This document shows positions 18,839-27,929 of a stretch of 64,000 nt of DNA, piece after piece; position 1 is the first letter of the stretch, and the number at the start of each line of letters is the position of its first letter. A model generated the notes under the pieces. That model saw only the letters and a list, made by a program, of their open reading frames with translations. It had not been told where the DNA came from and made no database searches. The position numbers and the translations under genes are program-made. This DNA comes from Chloroflexi bacterium UBA5189 (GTDB lineage Bacteria > Chloroflexota > Limnocylindria > Limnocylindrales > CSP1-4): assembly GCA_002413045.1 (NCBI GenBank), contig DHWF01000031.1:149241-213240 (forward strand), given 5' to 3'.

Positions 18839-19210
18839 TCAAGCCGCGACGGCGGCCGCGTCCTTGCGCAGGCTCAACCAGGTCCAGATCGCGAAGAGCA
18901 CGTCCAACGGCGTGAACAGCAGGATGTTCCAGGACGTGAAGCCCGCCGCTGCGAACGCGGCGAAGAACACCACGACCGCGAACCGGATCGGCACGCTGAC
19001 CATGAAGATCGCGCGGTAGTCGCTTCGGGCGGCGACGAAGTAGAAGATCGACAGGAAGATCACGGTCATCCCCGCGACCCGGATCCAGACCTCGGTGGCT
19101 TGCGGCAGCCCGAAGATCGGGAGCGGGATGTTCGGCACCAGGGTCAGGACGGCCCCCAAGCCAAAGACGTAGATCGAATAGACGAGGATGCTGCGGGCGG
19201 CTGCGGTCAT
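18839..19210 (-). CDS. Small 4-TM membrane protein
   Basis: ATG 19210 (MTAAARSILVYSIYVFGLG). 123 aa, very hydrophobic. The upstream part of the track ORF is Arg/Pro junk. Confidence 0.55.
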   Translation of the reverse strand: MTAAARSILVYSIYVFGLGAVLTLVPNIPLPIFGLPQATEVWIRVAGMTVIFLSIFYFVAARSDYRAIFMVSVPIRFAVVVFFAAFAAAGFTSWNILLFTPLDVLFAIWTWLSLRKDAAAVAA

Positions 19211-19305
19211 GGGTGCTCCCGGGTGCGGTGGCTTGATATCCGTGTAACCGCCCCGGGACCGAAAACTGTTCGCGGCCCTTGCCGCGCCGCACCGCGCCCA
19301 CGCCG

Positions 19306-19779
19306 TCAGGCGGCGTGCAGCTCGAACACCGGCCGCGTCTCGGCGGCGCGCTCCGGGTCGGACAGGATCTCCGGCGCGACGCTGCCGAACAGGATCTTCG
19401 CGAACGCGCGGCCGATCCGCGGGAAATGCGCCACGTACGCGGGCATCGTCTCGCGGAAGAAGATCGTGGCCGCCTCGCGGTCGAGCTCGGTTGCGCGGAC
19501 GTGGACGGTCTTGCCCTTGAGCTGGACGTCCGCCTCGCCTGCCGCGCGCAGGTTCTGGACCCACTGCACGGCGCCGTACGCGCCGATGATCCAGCGCTTG
19601 CCGTCCATCTCCATGATCGCGACGGCCGCGGAGCGGGGTTCACCGCTCGTCCGGCCGCGCACGGTGAGGAGTGTGTTCGGCCCCATCGGCATGCCGAGCC
19701 GGAGCAGGCCGCGAGAGAGCGGGTTGGACAGGCGAATGAGCCTGGGCGCGCGGTTCATCGATGCAATTCCCCTGGTCAT
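19306..19779 (-). CDS. DUF385 / deazaflavin (F420)-dependent nitroreductase-family oxidoreductase
   Basis: LLTVRGRTSGEPRSAAVAIMEMDGKRWIIGAYGAVQWVQNLRAAGE is the typical DUF385 core. Divergent from the sigma gene at 19851. Confidence 0.75.
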   Translation of the reverse strand: MTRGIASMNRAPRLIRLSNPLSRGLLRLGMPMGPNTLLTVRGRTSGEPRSAAVAIMEMDGKRWIIGAYGAVQWVQNLRAAGEADVQLKGKTVHVRATELDREAATIFFRETMPAYVAHFPRIGRAFAKILFGSVAPEILSDPERAAETRPVFELHAA

Positions 19780-19794
19780 GGTTCGATTTCCTCG

Positions 19795-19821
19795 GTCACG
19801 TTTGGCATGGTTGCCTTCGTC
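19795..19821 (+). promoter_or_regulatory. GTCAC-N18-CGTC motif, possible ECF41-type promoter upstream of the sigma gene
   Basis: GGTCACG at 19794-19800 and CGTC at 19818-21, about 30 nt before GTG 19851. Resembles the ECF41 TGTCACA-N16-CGTC motif as I recall it, with spacing off by one. Confidence 0.25.
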
Positions 19822-19850
19822 AACCGGGTGACGGAACCTGACCCAAGAAC

Positions 19851-20774
19851 GTGACCGGAGCCGACGACACCGTGACATCGACCGACCGCGACTGGCTCGC
19901 CACCCGCTTCGAGGAGCATCGCGGCCGCCTGCGCGCGGTCGCCTATCGGATGCTCGGCTCGATGACGGAGGCCGACGACGCGGTCCAGGAGGCATGGCTG
20001 CGAATGAACCGCAGCGACACCACAGCGGTCGACAACCTGGGCGGCTGGCTGACGACCGTCGTCGCGCGCCTGTGCCTGGATGCGCTCCGGTCGCGGGCGT
20101 CGCGGCGCGAAGACTCGATCGACGTGCGCGTGCCGGATCTCCTTGTGTCCACCGCCGACAGCGACGACCCCGAGCACGAGGCGGAGCTCGCGGATTCCGT
20201 CGGGCTGGCGATGCTCGTCGTGCTCGACACGTTGACGCCCGCCGAGCGGCTCGCGTTCGTGCTCCACGACACGTTCGGGCTGCCGTTCGACCAGATCGGC
20301 CGGATCGTGGATCGCTCCCCCACCGCGACCCGTCAGCTCGCCAGCCGCGCTCGGCGGCGCGTCCGCGGCTCGGTCGTCCCGTCCGACGTCTCGCCGGCGC
20401 GCCAGCGCGAGCTTGTCGACGCGTTCCTCGCGGCAGCGCGCGCGGGCGACTTCGAGGGCCTGCTCCGCGTCCTGGATCCAGGCGCGATCGTCCGCGGCGA
20501 GACCGGCTCCGCCGCCCCGATCCTTGGCCCGAGCCGGATCATCCGCGGCGCCGAGGCGGTCGCGCGCCAGGCGCTCGCTTTCCGCCAGCTCGCGCCCGGC
20601 GCCCGCGCCGCGACGGTCAACGGCACCGCCGGCGTGGTGGCGTTCGCCGGCGACCGACCGTTCGCCGTAGTCGGGTTCACGTTCGCGAACGACCGGATCG
20701 TCGAGCTCGACATCCTCGCCGACCCCGCGCGCCTCGCGCGCCTCGACCTCGCGGGGCTGCGACCGTCCGTGTAG
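19851..20774 (+). CDS. ECF sigma factor with fused C-terminal SnoaL-like domain (ECF41/SigJ type)
   Basis: RLRAVAYRMLGSMTEADDAVQEAWLRM, GGWLTTVVARLCLDALRSR, LAFVLHDTFGLPFDQIGRIVDRSPTATRQLASRARR. About 120-aa C-terminal extension. Confidence 0.85.
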   Translation: MTGADDTVTSTDRDWLATRFEEHRGRLRAVAYRMLGSMTEADDAVQEAWLRMNRSDTTAVDNLGGWLTTVVARLCLDALRSRASRREDSIDVRVPDLLVSTADSDDPEHEAELADSVGLAMLVVLDTLTPAERLAFVLHDTFGLPFDQIGRIVDRSPTATRQLASRARRRVRGSVVPSDVSPARQRELVDAFLAAARAGDFEGLLRVLDPGAIVRGETGSAAPILGPSRIIRGAEAVARQALAFRQLAPGARAATVNGTAGVVAFAGDRPFAVVGFTFANDRIVELDILADPARLARLDLAGLRPSV

Positions 20775-20784
20775 GCGCCGCGCG

Positions 20785-21972
20785 TTACCGGGGCGCCGAT
20801 CCCACCTTGATGATCGGCGGGGTCGACCCGTCACCGAGATCTTCGTCCGCGTCCGGCGGGGGCGGCGGACGGCGCCGGCGCAGCCGGACGACGAGGCGCA
20901 CGACGATCATGATCACGAACAGGCCGATGATCGCGACCCAGCTGTACGCATCGGGCTTGGCGGGCGCCGTGCCGCAGGCCGTGACGGCCGAGCCGTCGAA
21001 GCCGAGATGGTCGCCGAGGAACTTCGCGGCGTCGCACCAGGCCGGGGCGCTCAGATCATGGCCGGTGTCGTACCAGCTGATGCTCGACTGCGCGTTGCCC
21101 GCCGCCGCAAAGCGGGCCGCCTCTGCCGGAGTCGTGACCGTGTCCTGGGTTCCCGCCTGGAACAGCACCGGCCGCGAGGCGTTGCCGACGAAGTAGAGCG
21201 GCTCGATCGGGTCCATCGCCGCGATCCAGGCGGCACGCGCGGCTGGGGTGAGCGAAGCCAGCGGGCTCGCGTCGCCCAGCGTCGCGAAGTGCGAAACGAG
21301 GCCGCCGTCGCCGGATTCGAGGACGGACGCGGCGACGCGCGGTTCGACACCCGCGAACAGGCCGCCGATCGAGGCGCCGTAGCTCGATCCCAGAAAGCCG
21401 ATCGCGTTCTGGTCGACGCCCGGCCGCGCAACGAGGAGGTCCATGGCGCGGCGGAGGTCGACGACGAGCTGGATCTGCTCCGCCTGATCCTGCTCAGTGA
21501 AGTTCAGCGGCTGGGTCCCCGGGCCAATGCGCTGGGCGCGTGCGAACGGGGCGTCGATCAAGAGCGAGATGACGCCGGCATTCGCGAGATCGAGGGCGCG
21601 CGGCAGGAGGTCCCGCCGTGTTCCCGGCAGCCCGCCGAGCAGGATCACTGCCGGCTGTAGGTCACCCCCGGCCGGTTCGACGAGAAGCCCCGTGACCCAG
21701 CCATCGGCGCCGAAGTACAGGACGTCGGAAACCGTCGCCGTCGGGGTGCTGTCCGCGGCGTCAGGCGTGATGGCGTCGGCGACGGCGGTGCTCGTGGTAT
21801 CTGCGAAGAGCGGGATGCCGGTACTCCGGTGGGCGGCGACGACGCTGGGATCCGGCGGGTTCGCGGTGGCATCGGACGTCAGGCTGGGCCCCGGACTCGA
21901 GCTGAGGGCTGTGCACGCGGCAGCCGACGTCGCGAGCAGGAGGGCGGCGAGCGCTCGCCCGATCTTCCACAC
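20785..21972 (-). CDS. Lipoprotein alpha/beta hydrolase (dienelactone-hydrolase-like) with extra C-terminal TM anchor
   Basis: Lipobox LLLATSAAAC. Nucleophile elbow FLGSSYGA. C-terminal WVAIIGLFVIMIVVRLVV followed by RLRRRRPPPPPDADED. Confidence 0.7.
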   Translation of the reverse strand: MWKIGRALAALLLATSAAACTALSSSPGPSLTSDATANPPDPSVVAAHRSTGIPLFADTTSTAVADAITPDAADSTPTATVSDVLYFGADGWVTGLLVEPAGGDLQPAVILLGGLPGTRRDLLPRALDLANAGVISLLIDAPFARAQRIGPGTQPLNFTEQDQAEQIQLVVDLRRAMDLLVARPGVDQNAIGFLGSSYGASIGGLFAGVEPRVAASVLESGDGGLVSHFATLGDASPLASLTPAARAAWIAAMDPIEPLYFVGNASRPVLFQAGTQDTVTTPAEAARFAAAGNAQSSISWYDTGHDLSAPAWCDAAKFLGDHLGFDGSAVTACGTAPAKPDAYSWVAIIGLFVIMIVVRLVVRLRRRRPPPPPDADEDLGDGSTPPIIKVGSAPR

Positions 21973-22012
21973 GCCAGCAGTCTGGCACGCTGCGCGCCCG
22001 TGTCGCGGAGGC

Positions 22013-23656
22013 TCAGGCGGTCGGCATCTCGGTGCGGGCGACGCCGGGCGCGGTTGGCTCGACCCGCAGGAAGAGCACCAGCACGGCGGCGAGAATCGCG
22101 GCTCCGATGCTGACCCAGAACGTCGAGGCGATCGCGAGCGCGAATGCCTCGTGGAACGCCTCGACGATCTGCGGGATGAGCGGCTCGACGATCGAGCGGA
22201 ACGGCGCCGGCACGCTCTGCAGGATCTGCTGGCCGATGTCGCCGGTGCCGGTGAAGTTCAGCGCGGAGCCGCCGGACCCGCTGGTCGAGGCGAACTGATC
22301 GACCATCGCCTGTGGCAGCCCATTCGCCGTGAGGCGTCCTGGAAGCTCCTTCACCAGCGAATCCGCGAGCAGCGTGCTCGCGATCGTCAGGCCGATCGTG
22401 CCGCCGATCTGCTGGAAGAAGGTCAGGCTCGCGGTGGCCGCGCCGACGATCGCCGGCTTGACGCTGTTCTGGACCAGCGCGGTGAACACCGCGAAGGACG
22501 GGCCGACGCCGAGGCCGACGATGGCCATCCAGACCCACAGGACGTGGATGTCCGTGTCCGCTCGGAGGCCGGTCATCAGGTACAGGCCGGCGGCAAGCAC
22601 GATCATCGCGCCGAGGATCACGACCTTGTAGCGGCCGGTGCGCGCGACCACCTGGCCGCTGACCGTGGCGCCGACGATGAGGGCCATCACGAGCGGCAAC
22701 AGGTTCAGGCCGGACTCGGTGGCGCCGAGCCCGCGCACGACCTGGAGCCACTGGGGCATGAATACGATCGCGCCGAAGAACCCGAACGCCGCCAGGAACA
22801 TCGACAGGACCGAGATGGTCACCGTCCGATTGCGGAACAGGCTGAGTCGAACGATCGGATCGGCCGCCCGCGACTCCCACCACAGGAACACGCCGACCAT
22901 GACCAGCCCGAGCACGATCAGCCCGCCGACCCACGGATCGGTCCAGTCGAGCGAGCGCTTGTTGCTCAGGCCCACGAGGATCGGGCCGATGGCCGCGGCG
23001 AACAGCGCGGCGCCGACGTAGTCGATGTTGCGGCCGCTTTCGGGGTGCTTGATCGGCGGCAGCAGCCGGAAGCACACGAACAGCGAGATCAGCCCGATCG
23101 GGACGTTCACGAAGAAGATCCACGGCCAGCCGAAGTTGTCGGTCACGTAGCCGCCGAGGATCGGCCCGAGGACCGACGAGATGCCGAACACGCCCCCGAA
23201 CAGGGCGCCGTACTTCGCCCGCTCCTCCGGCGGGTACAGGTCGGCGATGACGGCCAGCGCGATCGGGAACACGGCGCCGCCGCCGAGGCCCTGGAGGCCG
23301 CGCGCGAGGATGAACTGCCACATCTCCTGGCTGAGCCCGGCGAACACCGAGGAAGCCAGGAACAGGCTGATCGCCCAGATGAAGATCGGACGCCGGCCGT
23401 ACAGGTCGGACAGCTTGCCGTAGATCGGGCCGCTGATCGTGGAGGTCAGCAGGTAGATCGTGATCGCCCACGCATAGAGCGCCTGGCCATGCAGCGCGGT
23501 CGAGATCTTCGGGAGCGCGGTGCCGACGACCGTCTGGTCGAGCGCGAACAGGAACAGCGCGAGCAGGATCGCGCCGAGGATCTCGGTCTTCTGGCGCTGG
23601 CCCAGGTTGAAGCTGTGGCCGTCGGGATGGGCCTCGACGGCGGCCGGGGACGTCAT
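22013..23656 (-). CDS. MFS transporter, DHA2 (14-TMS EmrB/QacA-like) family
   Basis: LDQTVVGTALP, motif A GKLSDLYGRRP, LQGLGGG. About 14 hydrophobic segments. Confidence 0.9.
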   Translation of the reverse strand: MTSPAAVEAHPDGHSFNLGQRQKTEILGAILLALFLFALDQTVVGTALPKISTALHGQALYAWAITIYLLTSTISGPIYGKLSDLYGRRPIFIWAISLFLASSVFAGLSQEMWQFILARGLQGLGGGAVFPIALAVIADLYPPEERAKYGALFGGVFGISSVLGPILGGYVTDNFGWPWIFFVNVPIGLISLFVCFRLLPPIKHPESGRNIDYVGAALFAAAIGPILVGLSNKRSLDWTDPWVGGLIVLGLVMVGVFLWWESRAADPIVRLSLFRNRTVTISVLSMFLAAFGFFGAIVFMPQWLQVVRGLGATESGLNLLPLVMALIVGATVSGQVVARTGRYKVVILGAMIVLAAGLYLMTGLRADTDIHVLWVWMAIVGLGVGPSFAVFTALVQNSVKPAIVGAATASLTFFQQIGGTIGLTIASTLLADSLVKELPGRLTANGLPQAMVDQFASTSGSGGSALNFTGTGDIGQQILQSVPAPFRSIVEPLIPQIVEAFHEAFALAIASTFWVSIGAAILAAVLVLFLRVEPTAPGVARTEMPTA

Positions 23657-23705
23657 TCAATTCCTCGTGGGCTCGGGGATGAAACGGACGGGCAGTATGC
23701 CCGAA

Positions 23706-24623
23706 TCAGGACGGATTGACGGGGACCGGCAGGCCCTGCCTGACCTCCAGGACGGCACGTTTCCCGAGCGGGTCGGCGAGGGTCACGGTCAGCGTCCGCG
23801 ATGCACCCACCAGCCGCGCGCAGCCCGGCGCCATGCTGCTCTGGGGTGCCTGTCGATCGATGATCACGACGATCGCGAGATCCGATTCGACGGCCTCGGC
23901 GACGTAGTCATCCGCCGCGCACCCGACAAACGACACCGAGAGCTTGCGGGAATCCTGCTTGCCGTAGGCGGCGTCGATCGAGATGCCAACCGGCGGGTTG
24001 TCGGCGTTGTATGGCGGCGGCTCGACGGTGACACTCGGGTCCACCGCCACGCGGGTCACGCGCACCGCCGTGCCCTTGATGGTGAAGACCCACACCGGCA
24101 CGTTCGCCGGCCCGACGGACGTCTGGACGAGGCCGGTGGCGAGGTTGGCATCGGTCACGACCAGCGGCGTGCAGTCGGCACAGTCGCCACCGTTGCCGCC
24201 GTCCGCGACGAGATCGGCCAGCGCCTTGGAGGCGGAGAGCACGTCGACGTCGATGCTGGACCCGTTGACCCAGGCGACCTTCCCGCGCGACGGCGCCGCG
24301 TCGGAGAGGGGCGTCGGAGCAATGACCATCCCGCTCTGCAGCGCGACCTTGTCGTTGCCGGCGACGGCCGCCTCGAAGTCACCGATCTGGCCGGTCAGCT
24401 CGCCGACAAACGTGATCGTGGCGCCGCCGCTCTGCTTGACCGCGTCGGCCCAGCGCGCGAGCGCGTCGTTGGCCTGCTGATGGATGCGATCCGCGGCCTG
24501 CGTGGCGGACGCGTCGCTGGTCGATCCGAACGGGAGGGTGCCGTTGCATCCGATCGCGACCGCCGCGATCGCGAGGACCGTCAGCACCTGTAGCGCCGGA
24601 ACCGCCGTCCGCCTCGGGATCAT
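23706..24623 (-). CDS. Hypothetical secreted lipoprotein
   Basis: Signal peptide plus lipobox VLAIAAVAIGC. No recognised family. Start ATG 24623 preferred over 24653. Confidence 0.6.
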   Translation of the reverse strand: MIPRRTAVPALQVLTVLAIAAVAIGCNGTLPFGSTSDASATQAADRIHQQANDALARWADAVKQSGGATITFVGELTGQIGDFEAAVAGNDKVALQSGMVIAPTPLSDAAPSRGKVAWVNGSSIDVDVLSASKALADLVADGGNGGDCADCTPLVVTDANLATGLVQTSVGPANVPVWVFTIKGTAVRVTRVAVDPSVTVEPPPYNADNPPVGISIDAAYGKQDSRKLSVSFVGCAADDYVAEAVESDLAIVVIIDRQAPQSSMAPGCARLVGASRTLTVTLADPLGKRAVLEVRQGLPVPVNPS

Positions 24624-24653
24624 GCGAGTTGACGGTACCATCCGCCGACCCAT

Positions 24654-25274
24654 ATGGACCTCTCACTCCCGCTCCCGCTCCGGGGCCTGATCATCGGCTT
24701 CACGATCGCCGCGGCGGTCGGCCCGATCACACTACTCGTGATCCGCCGAACCATCGCCCACGGCGGCCGGTACGGGTTTGCCTCGGGGCTCGGCGTCGCG
24801 ACGGCCGACGCGACGTACGCGGGCATTGCGGCGTTCGGGCTGACCGCGATCACGTCGGTCCTCGTCTCCGGGCACTGGCTCCTGGGCATCATCGGCGGCA
24901 CGATCATCGTCATCGTGGGCGTTCGCACGATCCGGTCGCGACCCACTGGTCCGGCCGCGGATGCCGACCGACCCGGCCTCGCCGGCGGGTTCGGCTCGAT
25001 CTACGCGCTCACGATGACCAACCCGCTGACGATCGTGCTCTACGCGGGGGTGTTCGCAGGGATCGGGCTTGTCGCCGGCTCGAGCTTCGTCGATGCCGCC
25101 GTCGTCACGCTCGCAGCCTGGCTGGGATCCACGGCGTGGTGGCTCATCCTGTGCTCGGTCGTCGCCTGGGCGCGTGGCCGGGTCTCAACCATGGCACTGC
25201 TGTGGGTCAACCGGATCTCCGGCGCCGCGCTCGTGGTCTTCGGAATCGCGGCAATCGCCTCGGTGATCGCCTAG
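24654..25274 (+). CDS. LysE/RhtB-family amino-acid exporter
   Basis: N-terminal GLIIGFTIAAAVGPITLLVIRRT. 6 TM, about 200 aa. Confidence 0.85.
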   Translation: MDLSLPLPLRGLIIGFTIAAAVGPITLLVIRRTIAHGGRYGFASGLGVATADATYAGIAAFGLTAITSVLVSGHWLLGIIGGTIIVIVGVRTIRSRPTGPAADADRPGLAGGFGSIYALTMTNPLTIVLYAGVFAGIGLVAGSSFVDAAVVTLAAWLGSTAWWLILCSVVAWARGRVSTMALLWVNRISGAALVVFGIAAIASVIA

Positions 25275-25282
25275 CTCGCGGG

Positions 25283-25729
25283 TCAGCCGGGCTTGGCTTC
25301 GCCCTGGAGCTGCTGCATCAGGGCCATCTTGTCGAACTCGTGCCAGTGCTCGATGACCTGGCCGTCGCGGATGCGGAAGACGTGGATCTCGTCGATCGAG
25401 TAGCGAGTGCCGGTCGGCTCGAGGCCCATGAACGTGCCGGTGTGCCGCGCACTCGTGGTCAGGCGCACGGCGACCCGATCGCCCTCGGCGATCATGTCGT
25501 CGATCACGAATCGCACCTGCGAGAGCCCGCTCCCGGCGCGCCGCATGCCGGCGCGGAGGCCCTCGCGGCCGGGCGGCATCGGGCCGAACGTATGCGGAAC
25601 GAATGTCGTGGCGATGAGCTCGTCGATCGCCCCGTCCTCCTGGTGCATGAAGATGCGTTCGATGACCGCCCGGGCAACGTCCTTGTTCCGCTCGAGCTCG
25701 TTGACTGGTGGGCGTGCAGAGATAGCCAT
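25283..25729 (-). CDS. SnoaL-like ester cyclase family protein
   Basis: NKDVARAVIERIF...IAEGDRVAVRLT..GTHTG.FMG..PTG......EIHVFRIRDGQVIEHW pattern. Confidence 0.8.
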   Translation of the reverse strand: MAISARPPVNELERNKDVARAVIERIFMHQEDGAIDELIATTFVPHTFGPMPPGREGLRAGMRRAGSGLSQVRFVIDDMIAEGDRVAVRLTTSARHTGTFMGLEPTGTRYSIDEIHVFRIRDGQVIEHWHEFDKMALMQQLQGEAKPG

Positions 25730-25788
25730 GTTGCAGTTGTACGCGACGCATGTCGCGCCGGCGTTGCAGCTCGGCTAGCCTGCGACGC

Positions 25789-26376
25789 ATGGACCTTCCG
25801 AACGGCCGAACCGCACGCGTGGACATCCTCCTCATCGGGTCGCTTACCTCGACGGGTGGCGGCGTGATGAGCGCGTGCACGCTCATCCGCGACGGTGATC
25901 GGGTGATCGTCGTGGACCCGGGCATGGCGCCGAGCGCGCGCTCGATCCTCGATCCGCTCGAGGCGCTCGGCGTCCGACCCGAGGATGTCACCGAGGTCGT
26001 GCTCGGCCATCACCATCCGGATCACACGATCCACGCCGGCCACTTCCCGAACGCCGCGATCCACGACCACTGGGCGATCTACCGCGGCACCGACTGGGAG
26101 GATTCCGACGCCGAGGGCCGCGTGCTGGCTCCGTCGGTGATCCTCGCTCGCACGCCGGGCCACACCGCCGAGGACATCTCGACGATCGTCGGGACCCCGG
26201 ACGGGATCGTCGTGTGCACGCACTGCTGGTTCACCGCCGAGACGACCGTCGACGACGAAGCGCCCGACGACCCCGATCAGCTCCACGCGTCCCGCGCGAG
26301 CATCCTCGCGATCGCGAACCGGATCGTTCCCGGCCACGGGCCGGCCTTCACGCCGACGGACTCGACCTCCCGCTGA
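25789..26376 (+). CDS. MBL-fold metallo-hydrolase
   Basis: VVLGHHHPDH (HxHxDH motif), VIVVDPG, later TPGHT and PGHG. Confidence 0.8.
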   Translation: MDLPNGRTARVDILLIGSLTSTGGGVMSACTLIRDGDRVIVVDPGMAPSARSILDPLEALGVRPEDVTEVVLGHHHPDHTIHAGHFPNAAIHDHWAIYRGTDWEDSDAEGRVLAPSVILARTPGHTAEDISTIVGTPDGIVVCTHCWFTAETTVDDEAPDDPDQLHASRASILAIANRIVPGHGPAFTPTDSTSR

Positions 26377-26414
26377 TCCGCGGCGCCGACCGGCGGCACG
26401 AGGCGACGCCCGCC

Positions 26415-27023
26415 TCAGCTGTCGTACGGCGCCCGGTTGATGGCCTCGAGCTTGCCGCTCGCCACCATCCTGGCCACGGTACACGTCGGCTTGCGCGCCG
26501 CCTGGTCGACGAAGAGGGCGCCGAACTCGCGCTTGAAGTCGAGCCGCGGGTAAGCGGCGAGGACCGGCGGCACGACCGCCCTGCGCACATCGGCGTAGCG
26601 ATAGCCGGTGACATCGGTGCCGGTGGAGTCCCAGAGGAGCACCACCTCCCCCGCCGTCTCCGGCGGAAGCTCGTCGGCCATGTGCAGCGCGATGACGTCG
26701 TAGATCGCTCGCGCCCGTGCTGGCGACTGGCCGGCTCCGACGGAGAATGCCTCCGCCGCGATCGCGCCGTCGATCTCGAAACAGCCGCCGATGTCGTATT
26801 CGGACACGAGCCCGATGTCGTGGAGAATCGCGCTCACGTACAGGATCTCCGCGTCGAACCGAAGATCGTCATGCAGCGCGAGCTCGACCGCCCACGCGTA
26901 GGCCCGCACCGAATGGTTGACCAGGAACGGCGGCGCGACGGTCACGATCAGCTCGCGCGCCTGCCTCGCAAACTCCGAATCGGGCACCGGCATGCCAAGG
27001 GCTCGGAGTGCCGGTTCATCCAC
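26415..27023 (-). CDS. HD-domain protein
   Basis: VNHSVRAY...SAILHDIGL (H...HD). About 200 aa. Confidence 0.7.
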   Translation of the reverse strand: MDEPALRALGMPVPDSEFARQARELIVTVAPPFLVNHSVRAYAWAVELALHDDLRFDAEILYVSAILHDIGLVSEYDIGGCFEIDGAIAAEAFSVGAGQSPARARAIYDVIALHMADELPPETAGEVVLLWDSTGTDVTGYRYADVRRAVVPPVLAAYPRLDFKREFGALFVDQAARKPTCTVARMVASGKLEAINRAPYDS

Positions 27024-27077
27024 GTCGGGACCCTAGCAGGCTCGCGCCGCCTCGTACCATCGCCGCGGAGGTGACCG

Positions 27078-27404
27078 ATGGAGACGATCGCCGTCGTGCT
27101 CAGCGTCAAACCGGACCAGGTCGAGGCCTTCGAGGCGGGCTTCCGCGAGCACGAGCTGCCGCTCTGGCAGGACTACGAGGCGGAAGGCGTGATGACGCGC
27201 GCCTCGCTCACGAAGATGGACATCTCGTCGGTGCCGCGCGGCGACGCGGTCCAGTACCTCATCGTCGTCGACTTCGCGACCGGCGAAGGCCATCACCGGC
27301 ACGACAACGATCCGCGCTTCAACGCCTGGAACCTGATCGCCGACGCTTACCAGGTCCGCGATGGCATGGCCTTCGGCGGCGAGACCATCCTCAAGGTCGG
27401 CTGA
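27078..27404 (+). CDS. Small hypothetical protein (possibly dimeric alpha-beta-barrel-like)
   Basis: 108-aa ORF with balanced composition (METIAVVLSVKPDQVEAFEAGF...). No motif recognised. Confidence 0.5.
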   Translation: METIAVVLSVKPDQVEAFEAGFREHELPLWQDYEAEGVMTRASLTKMDISSVPRGDAVQYLIVVDFATGEGHHRHDNDPRFNAWNLIADAYQVRDGMAFGGETILKVG

Positions 27405-27448
27405 TCCGTAATGTCCGACCGGATCCACGAGCGGCATACTTGCCGGAC

Positions 27449-27859
27449 ATGAACATCCACGCCCTCATGCTCGCGGACAGCGCCCAGGCGGTCGACGGCA
27501 AGCTGTACATCCTCGGCGGCGCGTGGAACGTGCTGCGCTTCCCGGAGTTCCCGGCGCAGCTGATCGTCGGGATCGCGGTCGCGATCGACGTCGACTGGAA
27601 CGAGACGAACCGGCGCCATCACCTCGACGTGCACTTCGAAGACGCCGACGGCAACGGCATGCAGCCGACGATCGGGGCCGACTTCGAGGCCGGCCGGCCA
27701 CCCGGCGCGGTTGCGGGCGCGGACCTGCGAATCGTGTTCGCGGTGAACGGGCCGCTCTCGATTCCCGGTCCCGGGTCGTACTCGGCCGTGGCATCCGTGG
27801 GCGGCGAAGTCCTCGCGCGCGCCCGCTTCCAGGCGATCCAGGTCGCCCGCCCGAGCTGA
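27449..27859 (+). CDS. Hypothetical protein
   Basis: ATG 27449 (MNIHALMLADSAQAVDGKLYILGGAW). 136 aa, beta-rich. The upstream part of the track ORF is out-of-frame junk. Confidence 0.55.
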   Translation: MNIHALMLADSAQAVDGKLYILGGAWNVLRFPEFPAQLIVGIAVAIDVDWNETNRRHHLDVHFEDADGNGMQPTIGADFEAGRPPGAVAGADLRIVFAVNGPLSIPGPGSYSAVASVGGEVLARARFQAIQVARPS

Positions 27860-27898
27860 CCCGGACGGTCCGCTGGTGCGGACCGGAGTAGTCCGATG

Positions 27899-27929
27899 GG
27901 GTCATGTGACCCGTGACCTAATCGGGTCA
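27899..27929. promoter_or_regulatory. Four GGGTCA/TGACC(C) half-sites abutting the start codon of the SpoIID-like gene
   Basis: GGGTCA 27899-27904, TGACCC 27907-27912, (G)TGACC 27913-27918, GGGTCA 27924-27929. ATG at 27929. Confidence 0.3.

Noticed and set aside
19780-19791. tRNA-like T-arm sequence GGTTCGATTTCC.
   Set aside because: It has one base too many for the canonical GGTTCGAATCC-type T-loop. No acceptor, D or anticodon arms can be built around it. It lies in a 71-bp divergent promoter region.
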